From contig NZ_CP065581.1 in assembly GCF_018389705.1 (NCBI RefSeq), forward strand, positions 300,001-332,000: a stretch of 32,000 bases of DNA, read 5' to 3'. Below, piece by piece: positions 1-11,607 of this stretch. The notes under the pieces were generated by a model. It did not search any database and was not told the origin of the DNA. It saw nothing but the letters and a program-made list of their open reading frames with translations. How positions within the stretch are numbered: the first letter of the stretch is position 1; the number at the start of each line of letters is the position of its first letter. The stretch comes from Mycoplasma mycoides subsp. capri. Its GTDB lineage: Bacteria; Bacillota_I; Bacilli_A; Mycoplasmatales; Mycoplasmataceae. The position numbers and the translations under genes were made by a program.

Positions 1-1845
1 CGTCAGTGAGTTTTAAAAATTACTGATTATGCAGATAAACTTTTAGATGGGTTAGATAATTTAGATTGACCAAATTCTGTAAAAGAATTGCAAAGAAATT
101 GAATTGGTAAATCTGAAGGTTGTGAAATTAACTTTAAATCAAATGATATTGATATTCCAGTTTTTACTACTAGAGCTGATACTATTTTTGGAGCAACTTA
201 TATTGTTTTAGCTCCAGAAAATGAACTTGTTTTAAAACTAACAACACCCGAAAAATTAGATGAAGTTAAAAAATATATTGAACTAACTGCTAATAAATCT
301 GAAATTGAAAGAAAAGATGAATCTAGAACTAAAACTGGAGTATTTATTGGAAGTTATGCAACAAATCCATTAACTAAAGAACAAATTCAAATTTGAATTA
401 GTGATTATGTTTTAAATGATTATGGATCAGGAGCTATTATGGCAGTTCCAGCTCATGATAAAAGAGATTGAGATTTTGCTACTAAATTTAATTTACCAAT
501 TAGATTTGTAATTCAAACTAAAGATCAATCTAAAGCTTTTGTTGGTGAAGGAATACATATTAATTCAGAATTTTTAAATGATCTTGATAGAGTTCAAGCT
601 TTACAAGTAATCCATGATTATGTTGAAAAAAATAATTTAGGTAAGAGAAAAATTAATTATAAATTAAGAGATTGATTATTTTCAAGACAAAGATTTTATG
701 GTGAACCTTTTCCTGTTTTATATGATAAAGATAATAATATTGTTTTAATTGAAGATAACAATTTACCAATTACACTTCCAACAACAGATTATATAAAACC
801 AACTAATACTGGTGAAAGTCCTTTAGCTAATGTTAAAAATTGAGTAAATGTAAAAATTGGTGATAAAGAATATAAAAGAGAAACTAATACTATGCCTCAA
901 TCAGCAGGATCTAGTTGATATTTTATTGCTTATATTCTAGCTAATTCAAAAAATAATTTAATTGATTTAACTAGTGATGAAGCTAAAAAAAGATTAGAAA
1001 AATGACTACCAGTTGATTTGTATATTGGTGGTCAAGAACATGCAGTTGGTCATTTGTTATATTCTAGATTTTGAACTCATTTTTTATATGATTTAGGATT
1101 ATTACCAACAAATGAACCATTTCAAAGATTATTTAATCAAGGAATGATATTAGGACCTGATAATAGAAAAATGTCTAAATCTTGAGGAAATGTTATTAAT
1201 CCAGATGATGTTATTGATACACATGGTGCTGATGCATTAAGATTGTATGAAATGTTTATGGGTCCATTAGATGCTAGTTTACCTTGAAGTTTTGATGGAT
1301 TAGATGCTAGTTTGAAATGATTAAATCGTTGTTATAGAATGATTAATAAAATTGAGTTTAGTAATACTAATAATCACAAATTAGATTATGTTTATAATGA
1401 TGTAGTTAAAAAAGTAACTCAAATGATTCAAGAACTAAAATTTAACACAGCAATTAGTCAATTAATGGTTTTAGTAAATGCAATTTATAAAGAAGAACTA
1501 AATACAGTTTATAAACAATATATTGAAGGTTTTGTAAAAATGTTAAGTTTATTTGCTCCACATTTAAGTGAAGAATTATGAGAAAAACTAGGAAATAACT
1601 CTAGTGTAACTTTACAAACTTGACCAGAATTTGATGAAACTAAAATAATTAAAAATACAGTTGTTATTGCTTTACAAGTTAATGGAAAATTAAGATCAAC
1701 AATTGAAGTTGAAAAAGGAACAGACAAAGAAACTTTAATAAATTTAGCAGAAAAAAATGAAAATATTATTAAATTTATTAAAGATCATAAAATCTTAAAA
1801 CGTATAGCAGTTATTGATCGAATTGTCAATATAGTAATTGAGTAA
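1..1845 (+). CDS. leuS: Leucyl-tRNA synthetase, 3' part (5' end outside window)
   Basis: Continuous frame 1 with TGA=Trp, ending at TAA 1843-1845. Contains class I aaRS features including KMSKS-like '[17 protein letters not shown]' and LeuS-typical '[25 protein letters not shown]'-type text. Confidence 0.97.
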
Positions 1846-1870
1846 AAAGGTAGAAAATACCTTTTTTATT
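1843..1870 (+). terminator. Intrinsic terminator after leuS
   Basis: AAAAAGGTA-gaaaa-TACCTTTTTT hairpin followed by T-rich sequence. Confidence 0.8.
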
Positions 1871-1911
1871 TTGCAAAATTATATAATTACTTTTGTAGAA
1901 AAGGAGTTAAA

Positions 1912-3471
1912 ATGAAAAAAACCGTTAAATTAACAATCATTTTATTAGTTGTTGCAGTAATTTATTTTGGTTATTCAGCTTGACTTGACGGGGTTGCTAT
2001 TTATGCAATTAGAGGTGTAAAAGAAGACGGTAATTCATTCTTTTCACTAATGACTTCAACTTCTGCATGAGTTAATAATTGAAAGACTATTTTAATTGAA
2101 AAACTAGGAAAAGAGACTGATTTAGGTAAATGAGTTGATACCTTTAATGGTTCAACTGCATGAACTGATTGAGTAAAATCAATTGAAGCTTCTGGTTATA
2201 AACTAACTGGATTTATGGCTCCAGACTCACTATTATATACATTATTAAGTCCATTTAAACTAATTTTAGTTGGTGGTGTTTTTGCAATGTTTATACCTTT
2301 ATTAAAACAATTATTATTTAATACAATTATTGGTATTAAATCATATTTAAAAAATAGAGATATGAACGTTTTATTCAATTATAGTAAAACTATTGAATTT
2401 GTAGAAAACTTAAAAGCAAAAATTAGTGAAGATGATTTTGAAGGTGTTAAAGCTGCTTATTCATCATATTCATCATTAGCGTTTAAACCTGTATTTTTAA
2501 CTAATTTAATGAATGAAATTTATAAAACATTAATTAAATTTGGTGATATTAAAGTGTTTGAAAATGGTTGTGCTTCAGTGTTAGAAGCAATTCAAGAAAT
2601 GTATGTTAAAGAAAAAAGACGTGCTATGAATAATGGAAGAGGAGATGAAATGTTTTATGATATAAAACGTGGATTTGAATATTCTTCTTATAGTTCAAGA
2701 TATTTTGTTAAATATTATGAAGCAATGTCTAAAGATTCTAAAAAATTAGGATGAAAAATCTTTAGTATTGAAATTTCACGTTTTTCATTATTCTTATTAT
2801 TTGCTTTATTACCAAGTATTTTATTATCTGGAATAATTAGTGGTGTTTTATTACAAGTAATAGATCAAAATTCATCAAATATTACAGCACTAATTACAAT
2901 TGGTTCATTTATAATGTTGTGAGCAATTTTTGCTATTATCTTCCATGCTATTTATATTTTCTTTAAAAAAGAATACAAAATTAACAAACATATATTAGTA
3001 AAACCAGCAATTACTTATTATTCATTATTGTTATTAGTATTTATGACATTAACTGCAGGATGTGTTGGTATTGCTCAAGTTGGAAATATTGCTGAACCAT
3101 TTACAGCACCATTAATGACTAAATGATTTGGTGCTTTAGCTTATTTAGTATTAACAACTTGTTTAGTAATGTATGTGTTAGCTACTTTAGTTGATAACTA
3201 TAGATCAGGAAAACAATTATCAGTTAAACTAATTATTAATAATATTGTTTTACCTGCAATTATTTGAACTATTACAACTGGAGCTAACTTTGTTGCATTA
3301 TTTGCTAAATCTCAAGAAGTAATGGATTATAGTAATTTAATTTCTGGTATTAATACTTTAGTAATGGTACTATTTTGAATTTATCTATTTACAGCACAAT
3401 TTTTAATCAATAACTTAATTACTTCAAAAACAGCCAAAATGTTAAAACAAACTAAAGTTGTTGAAAAATAA
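1912..3471 (+). CDS. Uncharacterised multi-spanning membrane protein (519 aa)
   Basis: AAGGAG RBS before ATG 1912. Single frame with TGA=Trp to TAA 3469-3471. Many hydrophobic segments around a central hydrophilic region. Confidence 0.85.
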
Positions 3472-3561
3472 ATAACTTAATAAATATTAATAATAATTAA
3501 TTTTTGATAATTTATAGTTTAAAATAATAACAAAAATTAATTAATTATTGATGGTTCTTAT

Positions 3562-4038
3562 ATGAAAAAATTATTAAGTATTTTAGCTATTTTTTCACTA
3601 GCTACTACTAGTGTTTTATTAAGTTTGACTATATCTAATAATAGTAATTTTATTAATACTATTTTAAAAGTAGAAACTAAAAAAGAAAATAAAACTGATT
3701 CTAAGAAATTAGAAAGTTTAATAAAACAAAAAAATCTTGGTTCTTTTAATAAAAAACCAAGTACTAGTGAAATTATTAAAAAAATTAATCAAATAAATAA
3801 ATTAGAAAATCAAAATCAAATTAAAGAATCAGATGTTGATATAAATATTAAAAAAGATAAAATAATAATTACTTTAAAATCAGATAAAAACGATACAGTT
3901 ACATTAAAGTATAAAAATACTCACAAACTTGCTGAAATAATTGGTGGGGTATTAGCAGGTGTTGTTGTTTTAAGTGGAGCTGGGTTTTTATCTTATAAAG
4001 TTATTAAAAAACAAAAAACATCTAAATCAACAAATTAA
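3562..4038 (+). CDS. Small membrane-anchored/secreted protein of unknown function
   Basis: Intact 158-aa ORF. N-terminal signal-like segment MKKLLSILAIFSLATTSVLLSLTI, Lys/Asn-rich middle, C-terminal TM segment IIGGVLAGVVVLSGAGFLSYKVI. Confidence 0.8.
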   Translation: MKKLLSILAIFSLATTSVLLSLTISNNSNFINTILKVETKKENKTDSKKLESLIKQKNLGSFNKKPSTSEIIKKINQINKLENQNQIKESDVDINIKKDKIIITLKSDKNDTVTLKYKNTHKLAEIIGGVLAGVVVLSGAGFLSYKVIKKQKTSKSTN

Positions 4039-4040
4039 CT

Positions 4041-4071
4041 AAAAAAGAGAAGATATAATCTTCTCTTTTTT
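4041..4071. terminator. Bidirectional terminator between convergent genes
   Basis: AAAAAAGAGAAGA-TATAA-TCTTCTCTTTTTT perfect inverted repeat. Confidence 0.85.
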
Positions 4072-4834
4072 ATAATGGTAAATCTTTTCTAGTAAAACTA
4101 ATAACACCAATACTAGTTGAAATTACTATAATTCCAATCAATATAATATAGCTTAAATAAAAATCTGAAATGTTTTTAATTGAAACTTTGCTAAAATCAA
4201 TCAAACTTAAAATAGTAAAGTTTTTAAAATTAATTAAAAAACTTCGATCTAGTGCTTTTCCTACTTGACTAATAACATCACTTGCTACAAAAAGTGTAAA
4301 AATCGCTCCATTACAAATTAAAACAAATGTTGATTTATTAAAAAGACAACTAAACATAAAACATAATGATCCAATAGCACTAACCATTATTCAAAATGAA
4401 AAACATTGTAAAGCTCAATTTAATAAATTAAATTGTTCAGTATTTATATGATTTATTTTCATAAACACTGCATTTATTACAAATACAACAAATACATAGA
4501 CTGTAATACTAAATAAAAAGTAAAAAAATCTACTTAATACAATACTAGTTCTTGATAAATTAGATGATAGTATAAAAGTTAAATGACCTTTTTCAATCGG
4601 TCTTGTAATTAGTGAAATCGTTCCTGAAATTAAAAAAGTAGAAATTACTAATATTCCATATTGATCAAATAGAATTTTTATAATATTTTGATAAACAGTT
4701 AAACTAATATTTTCATTATTGTATCTTATAGAAACTAATAAAATGATTGTTATAAAACTAAAAAAAGGAATACAAAATAATCAAACTATTAAAGTATTTT
4801 TAAATGAATTTTTTCATAATTGTGAATTAAACAT
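4070..4834 (-). CDS. ABC-2 type transporter permease-like membrane protein
   Basis: 765-nt frame with TGA=Trp, hydrophobic segments, located directly downstream of an ABC ATPase on the same strand. Confidence 0.75.
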
Positions 4835-4835
4835 A

Positions 4836-5723
4836 TTATTTTGTTTCTCCTTCTTTTTTATAAAATTTTAAAAAGTAATTTTCTAATGAAAAAGGAATTT
4901 CTTCAAATAAGTTTATTTCATATGACTTTAATTCATTAAAAAAATAATTAACTTTATTAATTGGAACTTTATAAGTTGCAATTAAATCATTAACATTAGT
5001 TAAAAATTCATTCTTATAAATATTGTGATTTTTAAAAGTAATTTTATATTCTCTATCGCTTGTAGTTTTAATTAAATCTAAATCTAACTTGTTAATAATT
5101 CTACCGCTTTTAATTATTGCTACTTTATTACATAATTTTTCAACTTCTTCAAAAACATGAGAACTTAAAAAAATAGTAGTGTTATTTTGTTTTAGTTTTA
5201 ACATTAATTGAATGAATTTATTTTTAATTAAGGGATCTAATCCTGTTGTTGGTTCATCTAAAATTAAAACTTTAGGTTGATGCATTAAACATAAAACTAA
5301 TCCTAGTTTTTGTTTCATTCCTTTAGACATTTTTTTAATTTTAATATTTGGATTAAATTCTCAATATTTAATTAATTTTTCAACATAATCTCAATTTTCT
5401 TGTTTTCTTAACTTATAAATAAATTTAATGTAACTTAGACCATTTTCATGTTCTGGATAATTAATTTCTCCAGGTAAATAACCAACACTTGGTTGAATTT
5501 TATAAGAATGTTTTCAACAATCTTCATTAAAAATTAAAGCTTTACCTTTGTTTTGTCTAATATATCCCATTAGATGTCTAATTGTTGTAGATTTTCCAGC
5601 TCCATTTGGTCCTAAATAACCATAAATATCGCCTTGATTAACTTCTAGATTAATATCAAAAATCCCATAGCCATTATTATATTTTTTAGTTAGATTTTTA
5701 ATTTCTATAATTTTTTGTTGCAT
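4836..5723 (-). CDS. ABC transporter ATP-binding protein
   Basis: Walker A GPNGAGKST, degenerate signature MSKGMKQKLGL, Walker B VLILDEPTTGLD, H-loop SSHVFEEVE. 888-nt frame with one TGA=Trp region. Confidence 0.92.
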
Positions 5724-5944
5724 AAATTTTCCTAACTATAATTTGCTTATAAAAATAAATCCATATTCTAAAAGAAAAAATTATTTTAATAATTTAATTT
5801 TTTAAAAGAACTTAACTTTTTGAGTGTGAGCTAATTTTAACATTAAATACTTAATAAGAAAAGACAAAAATTTTTTTGTTGGTGCTCTTAAACTAAAGAT
5901 AATTTGAAAATTATAAAATATTTTACAAGGAGGCATAAAATATC

Positions 5945-6322
5945 ATGATTTTAGCAAAAGCACCATCAAGTTCAGAACAAGAAGCATTTGGCTTAAGTAA
6001 AGATATAATACCTGTTAGTGTAATTGGATTAATTATTACTTTAGCTGCTATCGCTTTTCTTTCTTGATTAGTATATAAAAACAAAGAAAAAATTATTCCA
6101 AACAAAAAGAACTTAGGTATTGCTGCAATAGGATATGTAGTTTTACTTATTGCATTAATTTTAGTTTCAGTAGCTTTATCTAAATATAATTCACCTAGCT
6201 TTGATGATATTTTCAGATCAGATTTATCTAAAAAACTAAAAGGTCTTGCATATTCAGGTCTTGTATTTTCATTAATTGGAGCTGGAATATCAGGATTTAT
6301 ATTTGCAAAAGTAAAAAAATAA
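5945..6322 (+). CDS. Small uncharacterised membrane protein (125 aa)
   Basis: AGGAGG RBS at about 5930. MILAKAPSSSEQEAFGLSKDIIPVSVIGLIITLAAIAFLSWLVYKNK... with about three hydrophobic segments, TAA at 6320-6322. Not in the ORF track because of an in-frame TGA. Confidence 0.75.
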
Positions 6323-6350
6323 GACTTATAAATACAAATGATCTTAATCA

Positions 6351-6377
6351 AAAATGATAAAGATCATTTTTTATTTT
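6351..6377 (+). terminator. Intrinsic terminator
   Basis: AAAATGAT-aaag-ATCATTTT followed by TTATTTT. Confidence 0.75.
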
Positions 6378-6617
6378 GTTTTCTTTTTTAAATACTTTTT
6401 AGCCATAGACTAATTATAAAGATAAATTTAATTTTAAAAAGACCTAAATTTTTAAAAAAAAATTAACTTAATTAATAACTATTTTTGAATAATAGAATAT
6501 TTTATATTCTATTATTTTTTTATCTTTAAATAGTTGTTCAAACCACCTAAATCTTTTGTAATTAAAAAAAAAAAAAAAACCGGAATGTTAAAATGAAATT
6601 AAGAAGGGAGTTCTTAT

Positions 6618-7715
6618 ATGAACAAAGTTAGACATTTTATAGATACTCAAGAATTGAGTAAAAAAGAAATTTTTGAAATTTTCCGATTGATGAAAATGCT
6701 AAAAGAAGCTCGTTATTGTGGTGCAGTACCAGAATTGTTAAAAAACAAAACTCTAGCCATGATATTTGAAGAACCATCAACTAGAACTCGTGTTTCATTT
6801 GAAGCAGCTATGACACTTTTAGGTGGTCATGCTCAATATTTAAAACCAGGTGAATTACATCTTGGAGTTCGTGAAAGCTTATATGATACAACTAAAGTTT
6901 TATCACATATGTGTGATGGAATTATGTGTAGAGCATTAAAACACGAAACAGTTTTAAACTTAGCAAAATATGCTGATGTTCCAGTTTTAAATGGACTAAC
7001 AGATTACAATCACCCAACTCAAGCAATTTGTGATGTATTTACAATGTTAGAATATATGCCAGCAACAAAAAACTTGGAATATGAAGACATTAAATTTGAA
7101 GATATTAAAGTGGTATTTATTGGAGATAGAACTAATGTGTGTTCATCAACAATGCATATTACTACAAAACTAGGTATGAATTTTGTACACATTTCTCCAC
7201 AAAAATACCAAAGTCCACAAGCATGAGTTGATATTGCTAAAGAAAATATCAAACAAGCAAACAGTGGATCTGTACTAGTAACTGATGACTTAGAACAAGT
7301 TAAAGGTGCTGATATTATCTATACTGATTTATGATGATGAGTAGATCAAGAAGATGAAGCAGAAGAAAGAGTAAAAGCCTTTAAACCAACCTACCAAGTT
7401 ACTCCTGAATTAATGAAAAAAGCAGGAGACCAAGCATTATTTATGCACTGTCTACCTGCTTCAAGAAATGTAGAAGTTTATGATGAAGTAATAGATTCAG
7501 ATAATTCTATTGCTTTCCAACAAGCTGAAAACAGATTAACAGCTCAAATGGGTCTGTTAGTTTACTATCTATACCCACAAATTGATAAATCATCAAATGC
7601 TGTTAAAGATTATTATAGAGGTAAAGTTGAAGCATTCATGGAACACCAAGATCGTTCATGAAAACAACGTTATACATATAATAATGACTATGCTGAAAAT
7701 AAAAATAAAAAATAA
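6618..7715 (+). CDS. ptcA/aguB: Putrescine carbamoyltransferase (ornithine carbamoyltransferase family)
   Basis: STRTRVSFE carbamoyl-phosphate motif, HPTQ motif, FMHCLPA motif. Text resembles enterococcal putrescine carbamoyltransferase more than OTC, and the gene sits beside agmatine deiminase. Confidence 0.88.
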
Positions 7716-7742
7716 TATTAAAATAAAAAAATATTTTTAAAT

Positions 7743-9161
7743 ATGTCTAAAACAAAAAAAGGTCTAAGACTGTTTGACATAATTGCTTTTACATTTAGTG
7801 CAGTTTTTGTCTTAGACTCATTTGCATCAGCAGCAGCAATTGGTTGACAATCAATAATTTATTGAATTTTATTAGCTATTTTATACTTTTTACCTTATGG
7901 ATTAATTACAGCTGAATTAGGTGCAGCATATAGTGATAATGGTGGAATTTATACGTGAGTTAAGAGTGCTTGTGGTAACAAATGAGCTGCTAGAACTAAT
8001 TGATTCTATTGATTAAATGTTGGTTTGTGAATGTCTTCAGTTTATATTGCATTCTCATCAACATTATCAAAAATCTTTTTTGCTCACGCTCCATTATCAT
8101 TATGAACTCAAATAGGAATAGCTATTGGTATAACTTGAGTAACTGTTTTAGTTGGATTATTAAATTTTAAATATACTAAGTGATTACCAAACTTTTCTTC
8201 TATTTCAAAACTTGTTGTAACTATTGGTTTAATTGCAGCAGCAATTACTTGATTAGCTCAAGGAAACCCAGTATCTACAAAAATAGATGATGCTGAATTT
8301 GGAATTTTGCCATCATTTAGTAAAGGTGTTGTGTTTTTACCAGTAATTATTTATAACCTTTCTGGTTTTGAATTAGGTTCAAATACTGCAAGTGAAATGA
8401 AAAATCCTAAACGTGACATCCCATTATCAACTATTTTAGCTGGAATAACAATTGTAATTTCTTATATCATAGGAACTATTGCAGTTAATGTTATATTAGA
8501 TGTAAAAACTTTAGATGTTTCTAATGGTATTATTCAAACAATTGAAAAAGTCTTTCCAGATTGGCTAACTAAAATTCTAGGTGTATTTTTACTATTTACT
8601 TTTTTTGGAAATATGATTACTTGAAGTACAGGTGCTAATAAAGCAATTCAAGAAGCAGCAAGTGATGGAGAATTTCCAAAAGTCTTTGGTACAGTTTTAA
8701 AAAATGACTCTCCATTATGAGCAACTATTATTACTGGAAGTGTATGTACAGTGTTATTAATTATTGCAGGTTTATTATCTCCAAGTGGAGAAATTTCTGA
8801 AATCTTTTGACAATTATATGCATTTTCATCAATTATATTCTTGTTACCTTACTTATTAATATTTCCAAGCTTTATTATCATTAGATACAAATATCCAGAT
8901 CTAAAAAGACCATTTAAAATCCCAGGACCTAAGTGATTCCAATGAATTGTTGTAATTACTCCTATGATAATTTTATGCTTAAGTATAATCTTATTCTTAT
9001 TTGGTGAAATTATGGTAGGTGCAAAAACTTGAGAATTAAGTTCAGGTGGTGGAAATGTTCTATTTGCTTTAATTGGAACTGTGATCTGTATTGGTATTGG
9101 TGAATTATTAATATGATGATCTAGTTATAAAAATAAAAAAAACTTAGCTAAAGGAGAATAG
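7743..9161 (+). CDS. aguD: APC-family amino acid/polyamine antiporter, probable agmatine/putrescine exchanger
   Basis: Intact frame with TGA=Trp. APC-type start GLRLFDIIAFTFSAVFVLDSFASAAAIGWQS, many TM segments, located between ptcA and aguA. Confidence 0.82.
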
Positions 9162-9167
9162 ATTAAT

Positions 9168-10262
9168 ATGAGCAAAAAAATAAATTCAACTCCTAAAAAA
9201 GATGGTTTTTGAATGCCTGGTGAATGAGAAAAACATGATCAATGTTGAATGATTTGACCAGAACGTTCTGATAACTGAAGACTTGGTGCAAAACCAGCTC
9301 AAAAAGTATTTGCAAATGTAGCTAATGCTATTGCAAAATATGAAAAACTAACAATGTTAGTTTCACATCAACAATTTGAAAATGCACGTAACCTTTTAGA
9401 TGAAAATGTTAGAGTGATTGAAATGTCAAATGACGATTCTTGAATGAGAGATGTAGGACCAACTATTGTTAAAAACAAAGATGGAGAAATTCGTGGTGTT
9501 GATTGAGTCTTTAATGCTTGAGGAGGATTTAAAGGTGGATTGTACTTTCCTTGAGATAAAGATGATGCAATTGCTAGAAAAGTTTGTGAAATTTGTAATA
9601 TAGATTATTATAGAACTGATTTTGTTTTAGAAGGTGGATCTATTCATACTGATGGAGATGGAACATTATATACAACTGAAGAATGTTTATTAAATGAAAA
9701 CCGTAACCCAGATTTAACTAAAGAACAAATTGAAGAAAATCTAAAACAATACTGTGGTGTTGAAAAAGTAATTTGACTACCATGAGGAGTTTATAATGAT
9801 GAAACTAATGGACATGTTGACAACTTATTAAATGTTGTTAGTCCAGGTCATGTTGTTTTAACTTGAACAGATGATACAACTGATCCTCAATATGAACGTT
9901 CTAAATTAGCTTATGATATTTTAACAAATACTTTAGATGCTAAAGGACGTAAGATTAAAGTAACTAAATTACATCAACCAGGACCATTATTTATTACAAA
10001 AGAAGAAGCTGAAGGTATAGATGTTTGCGATACTATGTCAAGAGAACCAGAACAAAGAATGCCAGCAAGTTATGCAAACTACTATATTGCAAATAATGCA
10101 GTTATTCTACCTATTTTTGGAGATAAATATGATGATTTAGCAGTTAAAACACTTCAATCAGTTTATCCAAACCATAAAATTGAAACTGTAATGGCTCGTG
10201 AAATTCTATTAGGTGGTGGTAATATTCACTGTATTACTCAACAACAACCAACAAGTAAATAA
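9168..10262 (+). CDS. aguA: Agmatine deiminase
   Basis: [32 protein letters not shown] and [13 protein letters not shown] catalytic motifs. The CITQQQP terminus distinguishes it from arginine deiminase. Confidence 0.95.
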
Positions 10263-10306
10263 AACTATTCTTATAAATAAATTTTATTAATAAACTACCA
10301 CTCATT

Positions 10307-10346
10307 AAAAATAGAAACATTTTATAATGAGTGGTTCTTTTTTTAA
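10307..10346 (+). terminator. Terminator-like hairpin between aguA and carbamate kinase
   Basis: ACCACTCATTA ... TAATGAGTGGT followed by TTCTTTTTTT. Confidence 0.7.
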
Positions 10347-10378
10347 AAAATAAATCTTTAAAGAAAGGAAGAATTGAT

Positions 10379-11311
10379 ATGTCAAAAATCGTAATTGCAA
10401 TTGGTGGAAATGCTTTAGGTAATTCACCAACTGAGCAATTAGAAATTGTTAAAAAAACAGCAAAATCTTTAGTAGATTTTATTGTTCAAGGTAATGATAT
10501 TGTAATTGTTCATGGTAATGGTCCTCAAGTTGGAATGATTAATAATGCTTTTGATATTGCAAATAAAAATGAAGTTAAATCTCCTATTTTAGACTTTCCT
10601 GAATGTGGGTCTATGAGTCAAGGATATATTGGATATCATCTACAACAAGCAATAGATAATGAATTAAAACTAAGAAATATTAATAAGCCAACAGTTAGTT
10701 TAATTACTCAAACTTTAGTTGATAAAAATGATGCGGCATTTTTAAAACCAACTAAACCAATTGGATCATTTATGAATGAAAGTGAAGCAAAAAAACTAGC
10801 TGAACAAAATAATTGAAATATTTCTGAAGATGCAGGACGTGGTTGAAGAAGAGTAATTGCTTCACCAAAACCAATTGATATTATTGAAAAAGATGCAATC
10901 CTACAATTAGTTAATAATTCATTTATTGTGATTGCTGGAGGTGGTGGTGGAATTCCTGTTTATTTAAAAGACGATAAACTAGTAGGAATTGCTGCTGTTA
11001 TTGATAAAGATTTTGCTGCAGCTAAAATTGCTGAAATAATTGATGCAGAAAGCTTAATTATTTTAACTGCAATTGATAAAGTAATGATCAATTATAAAAA
11101 AGAAAATCAACAAGCTTTAGATCAAATAACTTTAGCTCAAGCTCAAGAATATATTGATCAAAACCAATTTGCAGCAGGTTCAATGCTTCCAAAAGTCCAA
11201 GCTGTTATGTCATTTGTTAAAAAAACTAATGGTAAACCAGCTTATATTGGTTCACTAGAACAAGCTGATAAAGTTTTACAAAATCTAAGTGGAACTAAAT
11301 TTGTTAAATAA
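10379..11311 (+). CDS. arcC/aguC: Carbamate kinase
   Basis: MSKIVIAIGGNALG start, VIVHGNGPQVG, AGGGGIPV and DKDFAAAKIAE motifs. Confidence 0.95.
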
Positions 11312-11339
11312 TAATTTATAATTAATAAAATAAAAATTT

Positions 11340-11368
11340 AAAGTAGTTAATTTTTTAACTACTTTTTT
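11340..11368 (+). terminator. Intrinsic terminator after carbamate kinase
   Basis: AAAGTAGTTAA-tttt-TTAACTACTTTTTT. Confidence 0.85.
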
Positions 11369-11389
11369 AGATTAAAAAGCTCAATTATA

Positions 11390-11418
11390 TTGACTTTAAC
11401 TAATAAATTTTAGATAAT
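11390..11418 (+). promoter_or_regulatory. Putative sigma70-type promoter for tRNA-His
   Basis: TTGACT, 17-nt spacer, GATAAT, then tRNA about 12 nt downstream. Confidence 0.6.
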
Positions 11419-11430
11419 AAAATAGTTAAT

Positions 11431-11507
11431 GGCGTAGGTGGTGAAGTGGTTAACACATCAGGTTGTGGCTCTGACATGCGCGGGTTCGATCCCCGTTCTA
11501 CGCCCCA
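11431..11507 (+). tRNA. tRNA-His(GTG)
   Basis: Full cloverleaf with encoded G-1 opposite C73. Anticodon loop TTGTGGC (anticodon GTG), T-loop GGTTCGATC, encoded CCA. Confidence 0.95.
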
Positions 11508-11519
11508 TTTAGAAAATAA

Positions 11520-11545
11520 CAAACAGCACTTAGGTGTTGTTTTTT
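11520..11545 (+). terminator. Intrinsic terminator after tRNA-His
   Basis: AACAGCAC-ttag-GTGTTGTT followed by T run. Confidence 0.75.
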
Positions 11546-11607
11546 TATTTTTAATTAAAATTAGTAATCTTTTTTTATTTTTTTCTAATACTTATATGAG
11601 GTGTAAT

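Noticed and set aside
1509-2378. Minus-strand ORFs at 1509-1727 and 2196-2378
   Set aside because: Antisense to leuS and the membrane protein gene, with low-complexity translations and no RBS evidence.
5923-6351. 142-aa minus-strand ORF
   Set aside because: It lies antisense to the 5945-6322 + strand gene, which has an RBS, a credible membrane-protein sequence and a downstream terminator.
7019-7252. 77-aa minus-strand ORF
   Set aside because: Antisense to the well-supported carbamoyltransferase gene.
6618-10262. Arginine deiminase (arcABC) pathway interpretation
   Set aside because: The deiminase carries agmatine deiminase motifs ([20 protein letters not shown]) and the transferase looks PTC-like. 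No arginine deiminase is seen in the window.
11446-11607. Track ORF start at 11446 giving N-terminal MVNTSGCGSDMRGFDPRSTPHLENNK...
   Set aside because: This part is translation of the tRNA-His gene and its terminator. The RBS-supported start is 11608.
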